Shown in pieces: positions 32,046-42,941 of a stretch of DNA of 64,000 nucleotides. Source of the stretch: Escherichia coli. Its GTDB lineage: Bacteria; Pseudomonadota; Gammaproteobacteria; Enterobacterales; Enterobacteriaceae. A model generated the notes under the pieces. The model did not search any database, was not told the DNA's origin, and worked only from the letters and a program-made list of their open reading frames with translations. The stretch lies in NCBI RefSeq assembly GCF_003790525.1, contig NZ_CP033635.1; one strand, given 5' to 3'. How positions within the stretch are numbered: the stretch's first letter is position 1; each line of letters opens with the position of its first letter. Made by a program: the position numbers and the translations under genes.

Positions 32046-32270
32046 AGATATTCCTCGTGAATAGGGAGCAATTTTTAGTTTTATTGCAATGACATGATTA
32101 ATTCTGCCGTGAACGGGAATATCAACAAGGCGAGAAAAGAGTAAAAAAAGGTGACGATTCCGACCTGAATTTAAAAGTGTGAATTGGATCAGGTGAAATT
32201 AATGTTTTTGATTAATAATCAAAAGGTAATGTGTTTAATCATTAATGAATAAGCGGAAAATTACATATCA

Positions 32271-33086
32271 ATGCTCGAATTATCCATGACGTTACCGATT
32301 AAAGTGCAAAATGGTGGATTATTTATTTCCCGTGGCGTAGGGAGGCATCCGGCAAGGCGGCTGGAGTCATGGGAAATTATCTTTGTCGAAAAAGGTCGAT
32401 TAGCGATTCAGGAAGAAGAGCGGATATTTCTGGTCGATGCGGGAGAGAGTTTATTACTCTGGCCGAACCGACAGCATGTTGGGGTAGAGGATTTTCCCGC
32501 CGATCTCAAATTTTACTGGCTGCATTTTGAGGTTAAAGCGCCGGATAGCGACCCGCGCTGGCTCACTCATCTTAGCGTGCCGCAACAAACTAAGGTTGCC
32601 GATCCGCAGGTGCTGGTGGCCTTGTTTCGCCAGTTCTTAAGCGAACAGGAAAAGCATCAACGCACTCCGGCGCTGGAGTTTATTGTGCTGCTGATTTTGC
32701 AGCAGCTCACCCGTGACGCGCGTCTTGATGAACAGGCCGATGGTGCAGGCACCACCCTTGCCTGGAAAGCGCAGAAACTGATTCGCACGCAATATCACCG
32801 CCCGCTTTCCACGGCGCTTTTAGCCCGCGAGCTGTACTGCAATGCCGATTATCTTGGGCGCGTCTATCGGCGGGTGTTTCATCTGACGTTAACAGAAGCA
32901 ATCCACCGCCAGCGAGTGCGCGAAGCCGAAAAGCTGTTAATTAGCGAAGCGCGATCGCTCACGGAAGTGGCGGCGTTGTGCGGGTTTAATGACGTCGGCT
33001 ATTTCCGGCAGATTTTTCGCAAGCACACCGGTTTAACGCCAGCAGCGTGGAAGCGGCGTTACAGCAAGGAACATATCAATTCGTAG
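32271..33086 (+). CDS. AraC-family transcriptional regulator (sugar-responsive type)
   Basis: 271-aa ORF; N-terminal cupin-like domain, C-terminal AraC HTH; divergent from the transporter gene. Confidence 0.75.
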   Translation: MLELSMTLPIKVQNGGLFISRGVGRHPARRLESWEIIFVEKGRLAIQEEERIFLVDAGESLLLWPNRQHVGVEDFPADLKFYWLHFEVKAPDSDPRWLTHLSVPQQTKVADPQVLVALFRQFLSEQEKHQRTPALEFIVLLILQQLTRDARLDEQADGAGTTLAWKAQKLIRTQYHRPLSTALLARELYCNADYLGRVYRRVFHLTLTEAIHRQRVREAEKLLISEARSLTEVAALCGFNDVGYFRQIFRKHTGLTPAAWKRRYSKEHINS

Positions 33087-33088
33087 TG

Positions 33089-33108
33089 CCGGGGCGATGA
33101 AGCCCCGG
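33089..33108. terminator. bidirectional stem-loop between convergent AraC regulator gene and sgbE
   Basis: ccggggc(33089-33095)/gccccgg(33102-33108) inverted repeat. Confidence 0.5.
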
Positions 33109-33117
33109 TCTGAGAGA

Positions 33118-33813
33118 TTACTGCCCGTAATAGGCATTGGCCCCATGTTTACGCAGGTAGTGCTTATCCAGCAGTTCGTTTTGCATCGCAGGGAGCAGCG
33201 GTGCAAGCTGGCGCGAGAACAGGCCCATATAGGCGCACTCTTCCAGCACCACGGCGTTATGCACCGCATCGGCGGCGTTTTTTCCCCAGGCGAACGGGCC
33301 GTGAGAATGCACCAGTACAGCCGGGATTTGTGCCGGGTTCAACCCACGTTCTTCGAAGGTTTTAATGATCACTTCGCCGGTCTGGTATTCATACTCGCCG
33401 TTGATCTCCTCTGCGGTCATCTGTCGCGTGCAGGGGATGGCACCATAGAAGTAATCAGCGTGCGTGGTGCCCCAGGCGGGGAGATCCAGCCCGGCCTGCG
33501 ACCAGATGGTGGCGTGGCGCGAGTGGGTATGCACAATACCGCCAATTTCGGCATAGCGACGGTAAAGCGCCAGATGCGTTGGCGTGTCGGACGAGGGCTT
33601 TTTGCTGCCTTCCACCACTTTACCGCTGGCTATCTCAACCACCACCATATCGTCGGCGGTCATCACGTCGTACTCGACGCCGGAAGGTTTGATTACCATC
33701 CATTGCCGCGTTTCGTCTACCGCGCTGACATTGCCCCAGGTGAACGTCACCAGATGGTGAGCGGGAAGCGCCAGATTCGCCGCCAGCACGTCGGCTTTTA
33801 GTTGCTCTAACAT
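33118..33813 (-). CDS. sgbE: L-ribulose-5-phosphate 4-epimerase
   Basis: 231-aa ORF; class II aldolase/epimerase fold; recognised as SgbE. Confidence 0.9.
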   Translation of the reverse strand: MLEQLKADVLAANLALPAHHLVTFTWGNVSAVDETRQWMVIKPSGVEYDVMTADDMVVVEIASGKVVEGSKKPSSDTPTHLALYRRYAEIGGIVHTHSRHATIWSQAGLDLPAWGTTHADYFYGAIPCTRQMTAEEINGEYEYQTGEVIIKTFEERGLNPAQIPAVLVHSHGPFAWGKNAADAVHNAVVLEECAYMGLFSRQLAPLLPAMQNELLDKHYLRKHGANAYYGQ

Positions 33814-34667
33814 ATAAATCCGGCCTCCTGCATACGCGCTTCAATCCAGCGCCGCGCCTGAATAATCTCCAGCACCGGCTCTTTGGCTTTTTCGGTCCAC
33901 ATCTCAATCAGAAATGATCCGCGATAGTTCAGTTCATGCAGCGTTTTGAAGATGCCAACGAAATCGACGCAGCCTTCGCCAAACGGCACATCACGGAACT
34001 GTCCGGGGCTTTGCTCGGTCACTGGCTGGGTGTCTTTCAGGTGGATCGCGGCGATACGGTCAATGCCCAGTTTCAGTTCGGCGGGAACATCATTGCCCCA
34101 GGCGCTGAGGTTGCCGACGTCCGGGTAGACGGTGAACCACGGCGAGGCGAGCATCTCGTCCCATTTTTTCCATTTGCTGATGGAGTTCATAAACGCGGTA
34201 TCCATAATCTCCACCGCCAGCATTACTTGTGATGCCGCCGCCTGTTCGACTGCCCACGCCAGCCCTTCAGCAAAACGTTGTTGGGTGCCTTCGTCGTGGT
34301 CTTCGTAATAGACGTCATAACCTGCCAGCTGGATGGTGCGAATGCCGAGATCGCGCGCCAGGCGAATCGCTTTACTCATGATTTCCCGCGCCCGTTCGCG
34401 CACTGCCTCGTCCCGGCTGCCAAAGGGAAAACGACGATGGGCAGACAGGCACATTGACGGAATGGCAACACCCGTTTCGATCATCGCAGTGACCAGCGAA
34501 GCACGTTGTGCGGCGCTCCAGTCAAGACGTGAGAGCCGTTCGTCGGTTTCATCCACCGACATTTCGACAAAATCAAAGCCACAGCTTTTTGCCAGCACCA
34601 GCCGCTCCGGCCAGGAGAGATCTTTCGCCAGCGCTTTTTCATAAATCCCTAACGGATGATTACGCAC
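33807..34667 (-). CDS. sgbU: L-xylulose-5-phosphate 3-epimerase
   Basis: 286-aa product from GTG (revcomp of cac at 34665-34667) giving [12 protein letters not shown]...; ORF track extends 30 codons upstream. Confidence 0.8.
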   Translation of the reverse strand: MRNHPLGIYEKALAKDLSWPERLVLAKSCGFDFVEMSVDETDERLSRLDWSAAQRASLVTAMIETGVAIPSMCLSAHRRFPFGSRDEAVRERAREIMSKAIRLARDLGIRTIQLAGYDVYYEDHDEGTQQRFAEGLAWAVEQAAASQVMLAVEIMDTAFMNSISKWKKWDEMLASPWFTVYPDVGNLSAWGNDVPAELKLGIDRIAAIHLKDTQPVTEQSPGQFRDVPFGEGCVDFVGIFKTLHELNYRGSFLIEMWTEKAKEPVLEIIQARRWIEARMQEAGFIC

Positions 34668-35322
34668 GCGCACCTCCCCAGATGGCATCAATTTGTGCAT
34701 GGAAATCGCCAGCCACCTGCGCCGGATTTGCTGCGCCTGCCAGCGCCCGCCCGGCAATAAAGGCTTTCACGCGGATATCTTTAAACAGCGGCAGGTCAGC
34801 AGGGGTAATCCCGCCGGTAATGGAAAGCTCAAGGCCGATATCGGAAAGCGCCTTCATGCGTGCCAGATCGGCCTCGCCCCACTGTTGCCCGCTGGCCTGC
34901 GCGTCGCGACCGCGATGATAAATGGCCTGCCGCACGCCAAGACGATGCCAGTCGCGGGCGTCGTCCAGCGTCCAGTTACCGAACAGCTCTATCTGAATTT
35001 CACCACCGCAGCGTTGCGCCATGGCGTGGCCTTTTTCCACCGTCGCGAGCGGCGCAGCGCAGATGATGGTCATCCAGTTGGCACCCGCGCCAAACGCCTG
35101 TTGTGCGAGCGTTTCACCCGCGTCGGCGACCTTCCAGTCAGCAACGATGATTTTATCCGGGCACTGTTCGCGCAAGGCTTTCACCGCGCCAAGCCCTTCG
35201 TTTAAACAGAGAATGGTGCCCGCTTCGACGATATCGACGCTGCCTTTTAACAGCATCACGTCGCGCTGTGCGTCTTCAAGTGATGAGTGGTCGAGGGCCA
35301 GTTGCAGAAGTGGTCGGCTCAT
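34660..35322 (-). CDS. sgbH: 3-keto-L-gulonate-6-phosphate decarboxylase
   Basis: 220-aa ORF; OMP-decarboxylase-like. Confidence 0.9.
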   Translation of the reverse strand: MSRPLLQLALDHSSLEDAQRDVMLLKGSVDIVEAGTILCLNEGLGAVKALREQCPDKIIVADWKVADAGETLAQQAFGAGANWMTIICAAPLATVEKGHAMAQRCGGEIQIELFGNWTLDDARDWHRLGVRQAIYHRGRDAQASGQQWGEADLARMKALSDIGLELSITGGITPADLPLFKDIRVKAFIAGRALAGAANPAQVAGDFHAQIDAIWGGARA

Positions 35323-36815
35323 AATGTGTGCTCCTTGATGCGGGCGTGAAAGCCCTCAAGTGCGGCAATGAGATGCTGATAGCGTTGGTATTTTTGTTGG
35401 TAAAGCTGATGTGCGGTCATATCCGGCAGCAGGGTGCGTACCGGGTGCTGTAAATCACGTTGGGCTTCGCTGAAATCGCGATAAACTCCGGTGCCGACGC
35501 GGGCGGCAAGTGCCGCACCAAAGCAGCCGGTTTCTTCCACCTGCGGCAGCTCGATACGCAGACCGCTGACGTCCGCCAGCATTTGCATCCAGACATCGGA
35601 ATGCGCCGGGCCGCCAGTGACGCGCAGGGTGTGCACATCAGTAAAACGTTCGCGCATCCGGTTGAGATGGGTCATATGGCTGAACACCACGCCTTCATAA
35701 ATGGCCTGCAACAGGTGTGCGCGGGTATGAATGGCCTGCATCCCGTAGAAACCGCTGGTCATCTCCAATCCGGCGTTGCTGCCGTACAGGAACGGCAGGA
35801 AAAAGAGATCGCCCCCGGCCTTCGGCAAGCTGGCAACGGCCTGGTTAATCTCATCAAACGAGATTTCTCCCCACTGTGCGGTAAACCATTCGAGGTTGCC
35901 GGAAGAGGTGGGGCTGGCTTCGTGAACGATAAATTGACCATCGTTAACGTAGCGACCATAGACATACGGATGCGCTTCACCGTCACGTAAACCACGGGTT
36001 ATGCCGCTGGTCACCGCCCAGGTGCCCATCACCGCATTGAGGGTAAATTCGTCTTCGATCCCGGCACAGAGTGCGGTGGAAACCACATCAAACAGGCCGC
36101 CGACAACGGGCGTACCCGCTTTCAGACCGGTCAGTGCGGCTGTCTGAGCGGTGATTTCCCCGCAAATTTCGGCAGATCCGACAACAGGCGGCAGGGCGTG
36201 GTTGATTTCAGCGATCCCCAGCCAGTCGGTGAGGCACGGGTCATATTCCTCAAGACTCATGTTGTAGAGGTTGGACTCGGAAATATTGCTCTCTTCGCAA
36301 CCTTTGACGCCGGTTAAACACCAGCGCAGATAGTCGTGCGTCATCATTACGCAGCCAATTTGCGCGTAGCGTTCCGGTTCGTGCTCTTTCAGCCAGCGTA
36401 ACAGCGACACCGGATGCCCGGTCCACAAGGTTTGTCGGGTCAGCGGGTAGAGTTTTTCCGGGATGCCATCTTCCTGCCAGCGACGAACGATTTCCATCGC
36501 CCGGCGGTCCGAGGACAAAATAGCATTCCCGAGCGGCTTGTCGTTTTTATCCAGCAAAAACAAGCCCTTTCCCTGTGCGGAGATACCGATACCCACTATT
36601 TGCTCCCCGCTGACACCAGAATGAGTAAGCAGGGTGCGAATGACAGCCATGCAGCATTGCCACAGTTCTGCCATATCGCGCTCTGCCCAGCCTGGCTGCG
36701 GGCTTAATGCGCACAGCGGCAGGCGCTGCACGCCTGCCTCCCGGCCTTCGCGGTCATACAGCCCGGCTTTCAGCCAGCTACCGCCACAATCTAACCCCAG
36801 CCAGTATTGCGTCAT
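35319..36815 (-). CDS. lyxK: L-xylulose/3-keto-L-gulonate kinase
   Basis: 498-aa FGGY-family sugar kinase. Confidence 0.9.
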   Translation of the reverse strand: MTQYWLGLDCGGSWLKAGLYDREGREAGVQRLPLCALSPQPGWAERDMAELWQCCMAVIRTLLTHSGVSGEQIVGIGISAQGKGLFLLDKNDKPLGNAILSSDRRAMEIVRRWQEDGIPEKLYPLTRQTLWTGHPVSLLRWLKEHEPERYAQIGCVMMTHDYLRWCLTGVKGCEESNISESNLYNMSLEEYDPCLTDWLGIAEINHALPPVVGSAEICGEITAQTAALTGLKAGTPVVGGLFDVVSTALCAGIEDEFTLNAVMGTWAVTSGITRGLRDGEAHPYVYGRYVNDGQFIVHEASPTSSGNLEWFTAQWGEISFDEINQAVASLPKAGGDLFFLPFLYGSNAGLEMTSGFYGMQAIHTRAHLLQAIYEGVVFSHMTHLNRMRERFTDVHTLRVTGGPAHSDVWMQMLADVSGLRIELPQVEETGCFGAALAARVGTGVYRDFSEAQRDLQHPVRTLLPDMTAHQLYQQKYQRYQHLIAALEGFHARIKEHTL

Positions 36816-36818
36816 GGT

Positions 36819-37805
36819 TTATTGCACCTCATCCACGGCTTTCAGCAGATCAGCTCCCTGCGGCACATCTTTAACAAACATGTCGCGAACCTGATTCCCC
36901 AGTGCGTCGCTAAAGGCTTTGCGGTCGAGATCGGTGATGACTTCCACGCCCGCTTCTTTCATGCCGTCGATGATTTTTTGCTGATCTTCGGCAACCAGTT
37001 TGCGCTGGTAGTTACCCGCTTCCTGCGCAGATGAAATTAGCGCTTGCTGGAACTCCGGGGTTAAGCCGTCAAACTTCGCTTTGTTGATCACCACCAGAAG
37101 TGGCGAATAGGCGTGGTGCGTCAGAGAAAGGTACTTCTGTACTTCATAAAATTTTGCTGACCAGACGACGTTGATCGGGTGTTCCTGAGCGTCGATAGTG
37201 CGCGTTTCCAGCCCGGTATAGACTTCGGCAAACGGCATCGGGATCGGGTTAGCGCCAAAGACTTTGAATGCTGCGATATTCATCGGACTATTGTTGGTGC
37301 GGATTTTCAGCCCTTTCAGGTCGGCGGGGGTTTTAACCGGTGCGCGCGAGTTGGTGACATCGCGCCAGCCGTTTTCCCAGTAGGCCAGTACTTTCAGTCC
37401 TTTACCTTCAAGTGAGGCTTTCAGATCATCACCGACTTTGCCGTCGAGCGTTTTATGCGCGTGAGCGGTATCGCGGAACAGGAAAGGGACATCAAGCAAG
37501 TTCATCACTGGTGATAACCCGGCAAAGTTATTCGAGCCGGACATTTCCATATCGATGGTGCCGCCACGTACGCCGCTGATCATCGCCTGCGCGTTACCGA
37601 GAGTGCTGTCCGGGAACAGTTTTAATTTCAGCTCGCCTTTGGTTCTCTCCTGCAATAAATCATTGAATTTTTTCGCCGCAATATGTTGCGAGTCGGTTTG
37701 TGAGGTTTCATAACCGAAACGTAAAGATTGCGCCGCCATTGAAGATGTACTAAATGCAGCCAGGCCAGCAATGAATAATGCGTAGGTTACAGAGCGTAAT
37801 TTCAT
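36819..37805 (-). CDS. yiaO: TRAP transporter periplasmic solute-binding protein
   Basis: 328-aa ORF with signal peptide; DctP family. Confidence 0.9.
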   Translation of the reverse strand: MKLRSVTYALFIAGLAAFSTSSMAAQSLRFGYETSQTDSQHIAAKKFNDLLQERTKGELKLKLFPDSTLGNAQAMISGVRGGTIDMEMSGSNNFAGLSPVMNLLDVPFLFRDTAHAHKTLDGKVGDDLKASLEGKGLKVLAYWENGWRDVTNSRAPVKTPADLKGLKIRTNNSPMNIAAFKVFGANPIPMPFAEVYTGLETRTIDAQEHPINVVWSAKFYEVQKYLSLTHHAYSPLLVVINKAKFDGLTPEFQQALISSAQEAGNYQRKLVAEDQQKIIDGMKEAGVEVITDLDRKAFSDALGNQVRDMFVKDVPQGADLLKAVDEVQ

Positions 37806-37817
37806 AATATTTTCCTT

Positions 37818-39095
37818 TTAATTAATCCATTTCAAAGGGAGGATGATGAGATCGGGAATAAAAACAAATACGACTAATAATGAATATAAAACCAGGACGT
37901 AAGGGAAAACGCCTCTGACTGCATCATCGAATTTGAGTTTTGCCACCCCTGAAATAACGTTAAGCACATTACCGATAGGCGGTGTAATTAAGCCGATTGA
38001 GCAGTTAATGATAAACATGACACCGAAATAAATCGGATCGATTCCTGCCTCTTTAACTAAAGGCATTAATACCGGAGTAAGAATTAACACCGTCGGCGTT
38101 AAATCCATGACCATGCCGACAATCAGGATAGCCAGCATAATAACGATAAACAGCAGACGCGGTGAATCGACCAACGGTTGCAGTAAATCAGAAACCATCA
38201 TCGGCAATTCAGCAATGGTAATCAGCCAGGCAGAAACTTGTGCCGAGGCCACCAGAAACATTACCACTGAGGTGGTTTTCGCCGCGCCAATGAGTACATG
38301 CCAAAGTGTGGCGAAGGTCATTTCACGGTAAATAACTGTGGCGACAAACAGCGCATAGAAAGCAGCAACGGCCCCGGCTTCGGTAGGGGTAAACAGACCG
38401 GAGCGAAACCCGCCAATAATGATGACTGGAAGAAACAGCGCCCAGATACCGGAGACAAAAGAGTGCCAGATTTCCTGCATCGTTGCTTTTTGCTGGCGGG
38501 GTAAATTAAGGCGACTGGCCTGCCACCACCAGGTAAGCATCAGCGTTGCGCCCATCATCATGCCAGGGGCAATGCCCGCCATAAACAGCTTACTGATGGA
38601 TAATCCGCTGGAAACGCCGAAAATAATAAACGGAATGGAAGGGGGAATAATTGGCGCGATAATGCCGCCAGAGGCAATCAGCCCCGCCGCCCGGTTGACC
38701 GGGTAGTTGGCGCTGCGCATCATCGGCACCAGTAGAGCGGCAACGGCGGCGGTATCCGCAACGGCAGAACCAGAAAGGCTTGCCATAATCATAGCCGCCA
38801 GCACGCCGACGTAGCCCAGCCCGCCTGGTTTATGCCCCACCAGTTTCATCGGCAGGTCAACAATGCGTTTTGACAAGCCGCCCGCATTCATGATTTCACC
38901 CGCCAGCACAAAGAACGGAATCGCCAGCAGGGAGAAGCTGTCGGCTCCGTTCACCAGCGTTTGTGCCATGATCTGGACATCAAACATGCCCAGCCAGAAC
39001 ATTAACGCCGCCCCGCACAACAACAGTGCCCAGGCAATAGGCAAACCGATAGCAATACCACCCAACAGACAGCCCAGAAAAATCAGCACAGCCAT
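37818..39095 (-). CDS. yiaN: TRAP transporter large permease
   Basis: 425-aa polytopic membrane protein; DctM family. Confidence 0.9.
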   Translation of the reverse strand: MAVLIFLGCLLGGIAIGLPIAWALLLCGAALMFWLGMFDVQIMAQTLVNGADSFSLLAIPFFVLAGEIMNAGGLSKRIVDLPMKLVGHKPGGLGYVGVLAAMIMASLSGSAVADTAAVAALLVPMMRSANYPVNRAAGLIASGGIIAPIIPPSIPFIIFGVSSGLSISKLFMAGIAPGMMMGATLMLTWWWQASRLNLPRQQKATMQEIWHSFVSGIWALFLPVIIIGGFRSGLFTPTEAGAVAAFYALFVATVIYREMTFATLWHVLIGAAKTTSVVMFLVASAQVSAWLITIAELPMMVSDLLQPLVDSPRLLFIVIMLAILIVGMVMDLTPTVLILTPVLMPLVKEAGIDPIYFGVMFIINCSIGLITPPIGNVLNVISGVAKLKFDDAVRGVFPYVLVLYSLLVVFVFIPDLIILPLKWIN

Positions 39096-39097
39096 GA

Positions 39098-39571
39098 TTA
39101 AGCTCCTTGCGGTGGCGACGTTAGAGAATTGCTACGCGTGATGAGTTGATATAAATGACGCAGTTCAAAGAATGCGATAACGAGGCTGGTGGGCAGACAA
39201 GCGGCATACATCAGGCCGATGGGCAAACCGAGGATCGGTGAATAATCGCTCCAGTCCTGAATTGTTTTTAGCGTTGCGCCCCAGGCCAGTGCGCCACAAA
39301 TAAATAAGATTAAGGAATGGGTAACCAGAGCGACTCGTCGCTGCCATGCGGGGGAGAGTTTCTCCACCAGAAAGGTGACCTGAACGTGGGCGTTATCCAT
39401 AAAAGCCACAATCGCGCCAATAAATGTTAACCAGACAAATAAATAACGTGACAATTCATCTACAGATAAAATGCTTGTCTGAAAACCATATCTTAAAATA
39501 ATGTTTATAAACACAATACAGGAAAGTACGGCGAGATTAATCGCCAGTATTGCTTCAAGTATTTTTTTCAT
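39098..39571 (-). CDS. yiaM: TRAP transporter small permease
   Basis: 157-aa membrane protein; DctQ family. Confidence 0.9.
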
Positions 39572-39688
39572 AGCTATTCCTTGAGGCTATGTCTGTCATA
39601 ATTAAAGTTGCATGTGCAGCAACCTAAATTATTAATATAGTTAGAGCAATAACATTACCCAGGCGTTCTGGCGTAGACGATTATTCGA

Positions 39689-40159
<471 letters not shown>

Positions 40160-40167
40160 TTATCTCC

Positions 40168-41166
40168 TTATAACGCCTGGATTTTTGCCCACACGCTGTC
40201 ATCAACGGTGATGCCGTTACGGCGGTTTTCGGCCAGCAGGGTAGTAAATTCGTGGCCGGGTAAGCGGATGGCCTGGTTTTCGTCAGCGCGTTCAGCGGTA
40301 GTAACGTAATCCATGATGCGTTGCAGCTTGGCATCGCGGGTGGGGCCGTCGATCAATTTATCCACTTCGATGGCGATAAAGATTTGCGAAACGCCGTATT
40401 CGTCGCTGTTGTCCTGGGTGACTTCGGCAACCGATGCGCCGTCGGAAAGGAGAGTGGCGATCATATCCAGCACAATCGACATGCCAGAACCTTTCCAGTA
40501 GCCCATCGGCAAAATGCGGCGATTCTTCTCGATAACGCCAGGTTCTTTGGTCAAATTGCCCTCATCATCAAAGCCACCATCGACCGGGAGCTGACGGCCT
40601 GCCAGACGGTTAACTTCTAACATGCCGTAAGAGAACATCGACATCGACATATCGACCATGGTGATTGGGGTAGAAGGAATGGCGACGATCAGCGGGTTGG
40701 TGCCGATGCGACACTCTTTTGCGCCCCACGGCGGCATTACGGCGATGGAGTTGGTCCAGCAAATGCCAATATAGCCTTTTTCCGCCGCCTGCCAGCCGTA
40801 GCTGCCGCCGCGCATCCAGTGGTTGGCATTACGTAGTGCCACCAGACCAATACCGTGATCGGCAGCCAGTTCAATGGCGCGATCCATCATCTTTTTCGCT
40901 GTCAGGTTACCGATCGAACGCTGGGCGTCCCACTGTTCAATTGCGCCGAGGCTGGTTATACGTTTGGGTTGGGCATCAGGAATGATATCGCCGTTTTCCA
41001 GTTGTTGAATGAAACGAGGGAAACGATTAACGCCGTGAGAATAAACGCCGGATTCGGTGGTGCGGGCGAACATCTCTGCACAGGCGTCAGCCGTTTCGCT
41101 GTCAACGCCGCGTGAAATTAAGACCCGATTAAAGGCTGCTTTTAACTGCTCAAATGTCACTTTCAT
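40168..41166 (-). CDS. yiaK: 2,3-diketo-L-gulonate reductase
   Basis: 332-aa Ldh_2-family dehydrogenase; first gene of the yiaK-sgbE operon. Confidence 0.9.
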   Translation of the reverse strand: MKVTFEQLKAAFNRVLISRGVDSETADACAEMFARTTESGVYSHGVNRFPRFIQQLENGDIIPDAQPKRITSLGAIEQWDAQRSIGNLTAKKMMDRAIELAADHGIGLVALRNANHWMRGGSYGWQAAEKGYIGICWTNSIAVMPPWGAKECRIGTNPLIVAIPSTPITMVDMSMSMFSYGMLEVNRLAGRQLPVDGGFDDEGNLTKEPGVIEKNRRILPMGYWKGSGMSIVLDMIATLLSDGASVAEVTQDNSDEYGVSQIFIAIEVDKLIDGPTRDAKLQRIMDYVTTAERADENQAIRLPGHEFTTLLAENRRNGITVDDSVWAKIQAL

Positions 41167-41366
41167 CCCAGGCTTCCTTGTTTTTTTGAACGCTTTTTTG
41201 GCTTAAAATTTCAATATACGAAACTTGATTTCAAATATATCGATCACTTTTTAACAAAGCAATCTGATTGATGAATTTCAAAAAACTTAAAAATCAAGTG
41301 GTTATAAATTATCTGTCGAGATCGTGAACTACGGCACACTTTGCGCTACCATCAGGACGCGACAAA
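41167..41366. promoter_or_regulatory. divergent yiaK / yiaJ promoter region
   Basis: 200-bp AT-rich spacer between divergent starts. Confidence 0.5.
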
Positions 41367-42215
41367 ATGGGGAAAGAAGTGATGGGAAAAAAAGAGAACG
41401 AGATGGCGCAGGAAAAAGAGCGTCCAGCCGGAAGCCAGAGTCTGTTTCGTGGGTTGATGCTGATTGAGATTTTGAGCAACTATCCAAACGGTTGTCCGTT
41501 GGCGCATCTTTCGGAACTGGCTGGTTTAAATAAGAGTACCGTCCATCGCTTATTGCAGGGATTACAGTCCTGCGGCTATGTGACCACCGCGCCCGCCGCA
41601 GGGAGTTACCGCCTGACCACCAAATTTATTGCCGTCGGGCAGAAGGCGCTGTCTTCGCTGAATATCATTCATATCGCCGCTCCGCATCTTGAGGCATTGA
41701 ACATCGCCACTGGTGAAACCATTAACTTCTCCAGCCGCGAAGACGATCACGCTATTTTGATTTATAAGCTGGAACCCACAACCGGGATGCTGCGAACCCG
41801 TGCCTATATAGGCCAGCATATGCCGCTCTACTGTTCCGCAATGGGCAAGATCTACATGGCGTTTGGTCACCCGGACTACGTGAAGTCATACTGGGAAAGC
41901 CATCAGCATGAGATCCAGCCGTTAACCCGCAATACCATTACCGAGCTGCCCGCGATGTTCGACGAACTGGCGCACATTCGTGAAAGCGGAGCGGCGATGG
42001 ACAGAGAAGAAAACGAACTCGGCGTCTCCTGTATTGCTGTTCCGGTGTTTGATATTCATGGGCGGGTGCCGTACGCCGTGTCGATTTCGCTTTCGACATC
42101 ACGTCTGAAACAGGTGGGGGAGAAAAATCTCCTGAAACCACTGCGTGAAACCGCGCAGGCTATTTCTAATGAACTGGGATTTACTGTCAGGGACGACCAG
42201 GGCGCGATCACATAA
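41367..42215 (+). CDS. yiaJ: IclR-family transcriptional repressor of the yiaK-sgbE operon
   Basis: 282-aa ORF; N-terminal HTH, C-terminal IclR effector domain. Confidence 0.9.
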   Translation: MGKEVMGKKENEMAQEKERPAGSQSLFRGLMLIEILSNYPNGCPLAHLSELAGLNKSTVHRLLQGLQSCGYVTTAPAAGSYRLTTKFIAVGQKALSSLNIIHIAAPHLEALNIATGETINFSSREDDHAILIYKLEPTTGMLRTRAYIGQHMPLYCSAMGKIYMAFGHPDYVKSYWESHQHEIQPLTRNTITELPAMFDELAHIRESGAAMDREENELGVSCIAVPVFDIHGRVPYAVSISLSTSRLKQVGEKNLLKPLRETAQAISNELGFTVRDDQGAIT

Positions 42216-42316
42216 CGCTTTGGACAAGTGCCAAAACTTTAACATTTCCTTCGTTGGATCAAAGCAGTAGAGACGCGCTCTCTGGCACTCTGCTGTTTTA
42301 GTGCAAAGGAGTGATC

Positions 42317-42790
42317 ATGAACCGGTTTATTATTGCGGATGCGACGAAATGTATCGGTTGCCGTACCTGTGAAGTGGCTTGCGCAGTGTCGCATCAGGAG
42401 AATCAGGATTGCGCTGCGTTGTCACCAGACGAGTTTATTTCCCGTATTCGTGTCATTAAAGACCACAGCTGGACCACGGCAGTAGCCTGTCATCAGTGTG
42501 AAGATGCACCGTGCGCGAATGTCTGCCCTGTTGACGCGATAAGCCGTGAACATGGGCATATTTTCGTTGAACAATCACGTTGCATTGGCTGTAAAAGCTG
42601 TATGCTGGCTTGCCCGTTTGGTGCGATGGAGGTCGTTTCTTCGCGCAAAAAGGCGAGGGCGATTAAGTGCGATCTGTGCTGGCATCGGGCGACGGGACCG
42701 GCCTGTGTTGAAGCCTGCCCGACAAAGGCGTTGCAGTGCATGGATGTCGAGAAAGTGCAGCGGCATCGGCTACGACAGCAGTCTGTTTGA
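42317..42790 (+). CDS. ysaA: 4Fe-4S ferredoxin-type protein
   Basis: 157-aa product from ATG at 42317 preceded by aaggag; multiple CxxCxxCxxxCP motifs. Confidence 0.88.
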   Translation: MNRFIIADATKCIGCRTCEVACAVSHQENQDCAALSPDEFISRIRVIKDHSWTTAVACHQCEDAPCANVCPVDAISREHGHIFVEQSRCIGCKSCMLACPFGAMEVVSSRKKARAIKCDLCWHRATGPACVEACPTKALQCMDVEKVQRHRLRQQSV

Positions 42791-42837
42791 AACGTTTTTC
42801 CGGCGTTTTTTAACGCAGGAATAGTGCGCTTTGTTTA

Positions 42838-42936
42838 TGCCGGATGCGGCTTAAACGCCTTATCCGGCCTACAAATTCTTCCAAATTCAATATATTGCAG
42901 AAATGATGTAGGCCTGATAAGCGTAGCGCATCAGGC
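42838..42936. repeat. REP/BIME elements between ysaA and avtA
   Basis: gccggatgcggcttaaacgccttatccggcctac and gtaggcctgataagcgtagcgcatcaggc. Confidence 0.7.
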
Positions 42937-42941
42937 AATTT

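Noticed and set aside
33097-33801. 234-aa ORF on the plus strand
   Set aside because: Antisense within sgbE; spurious.
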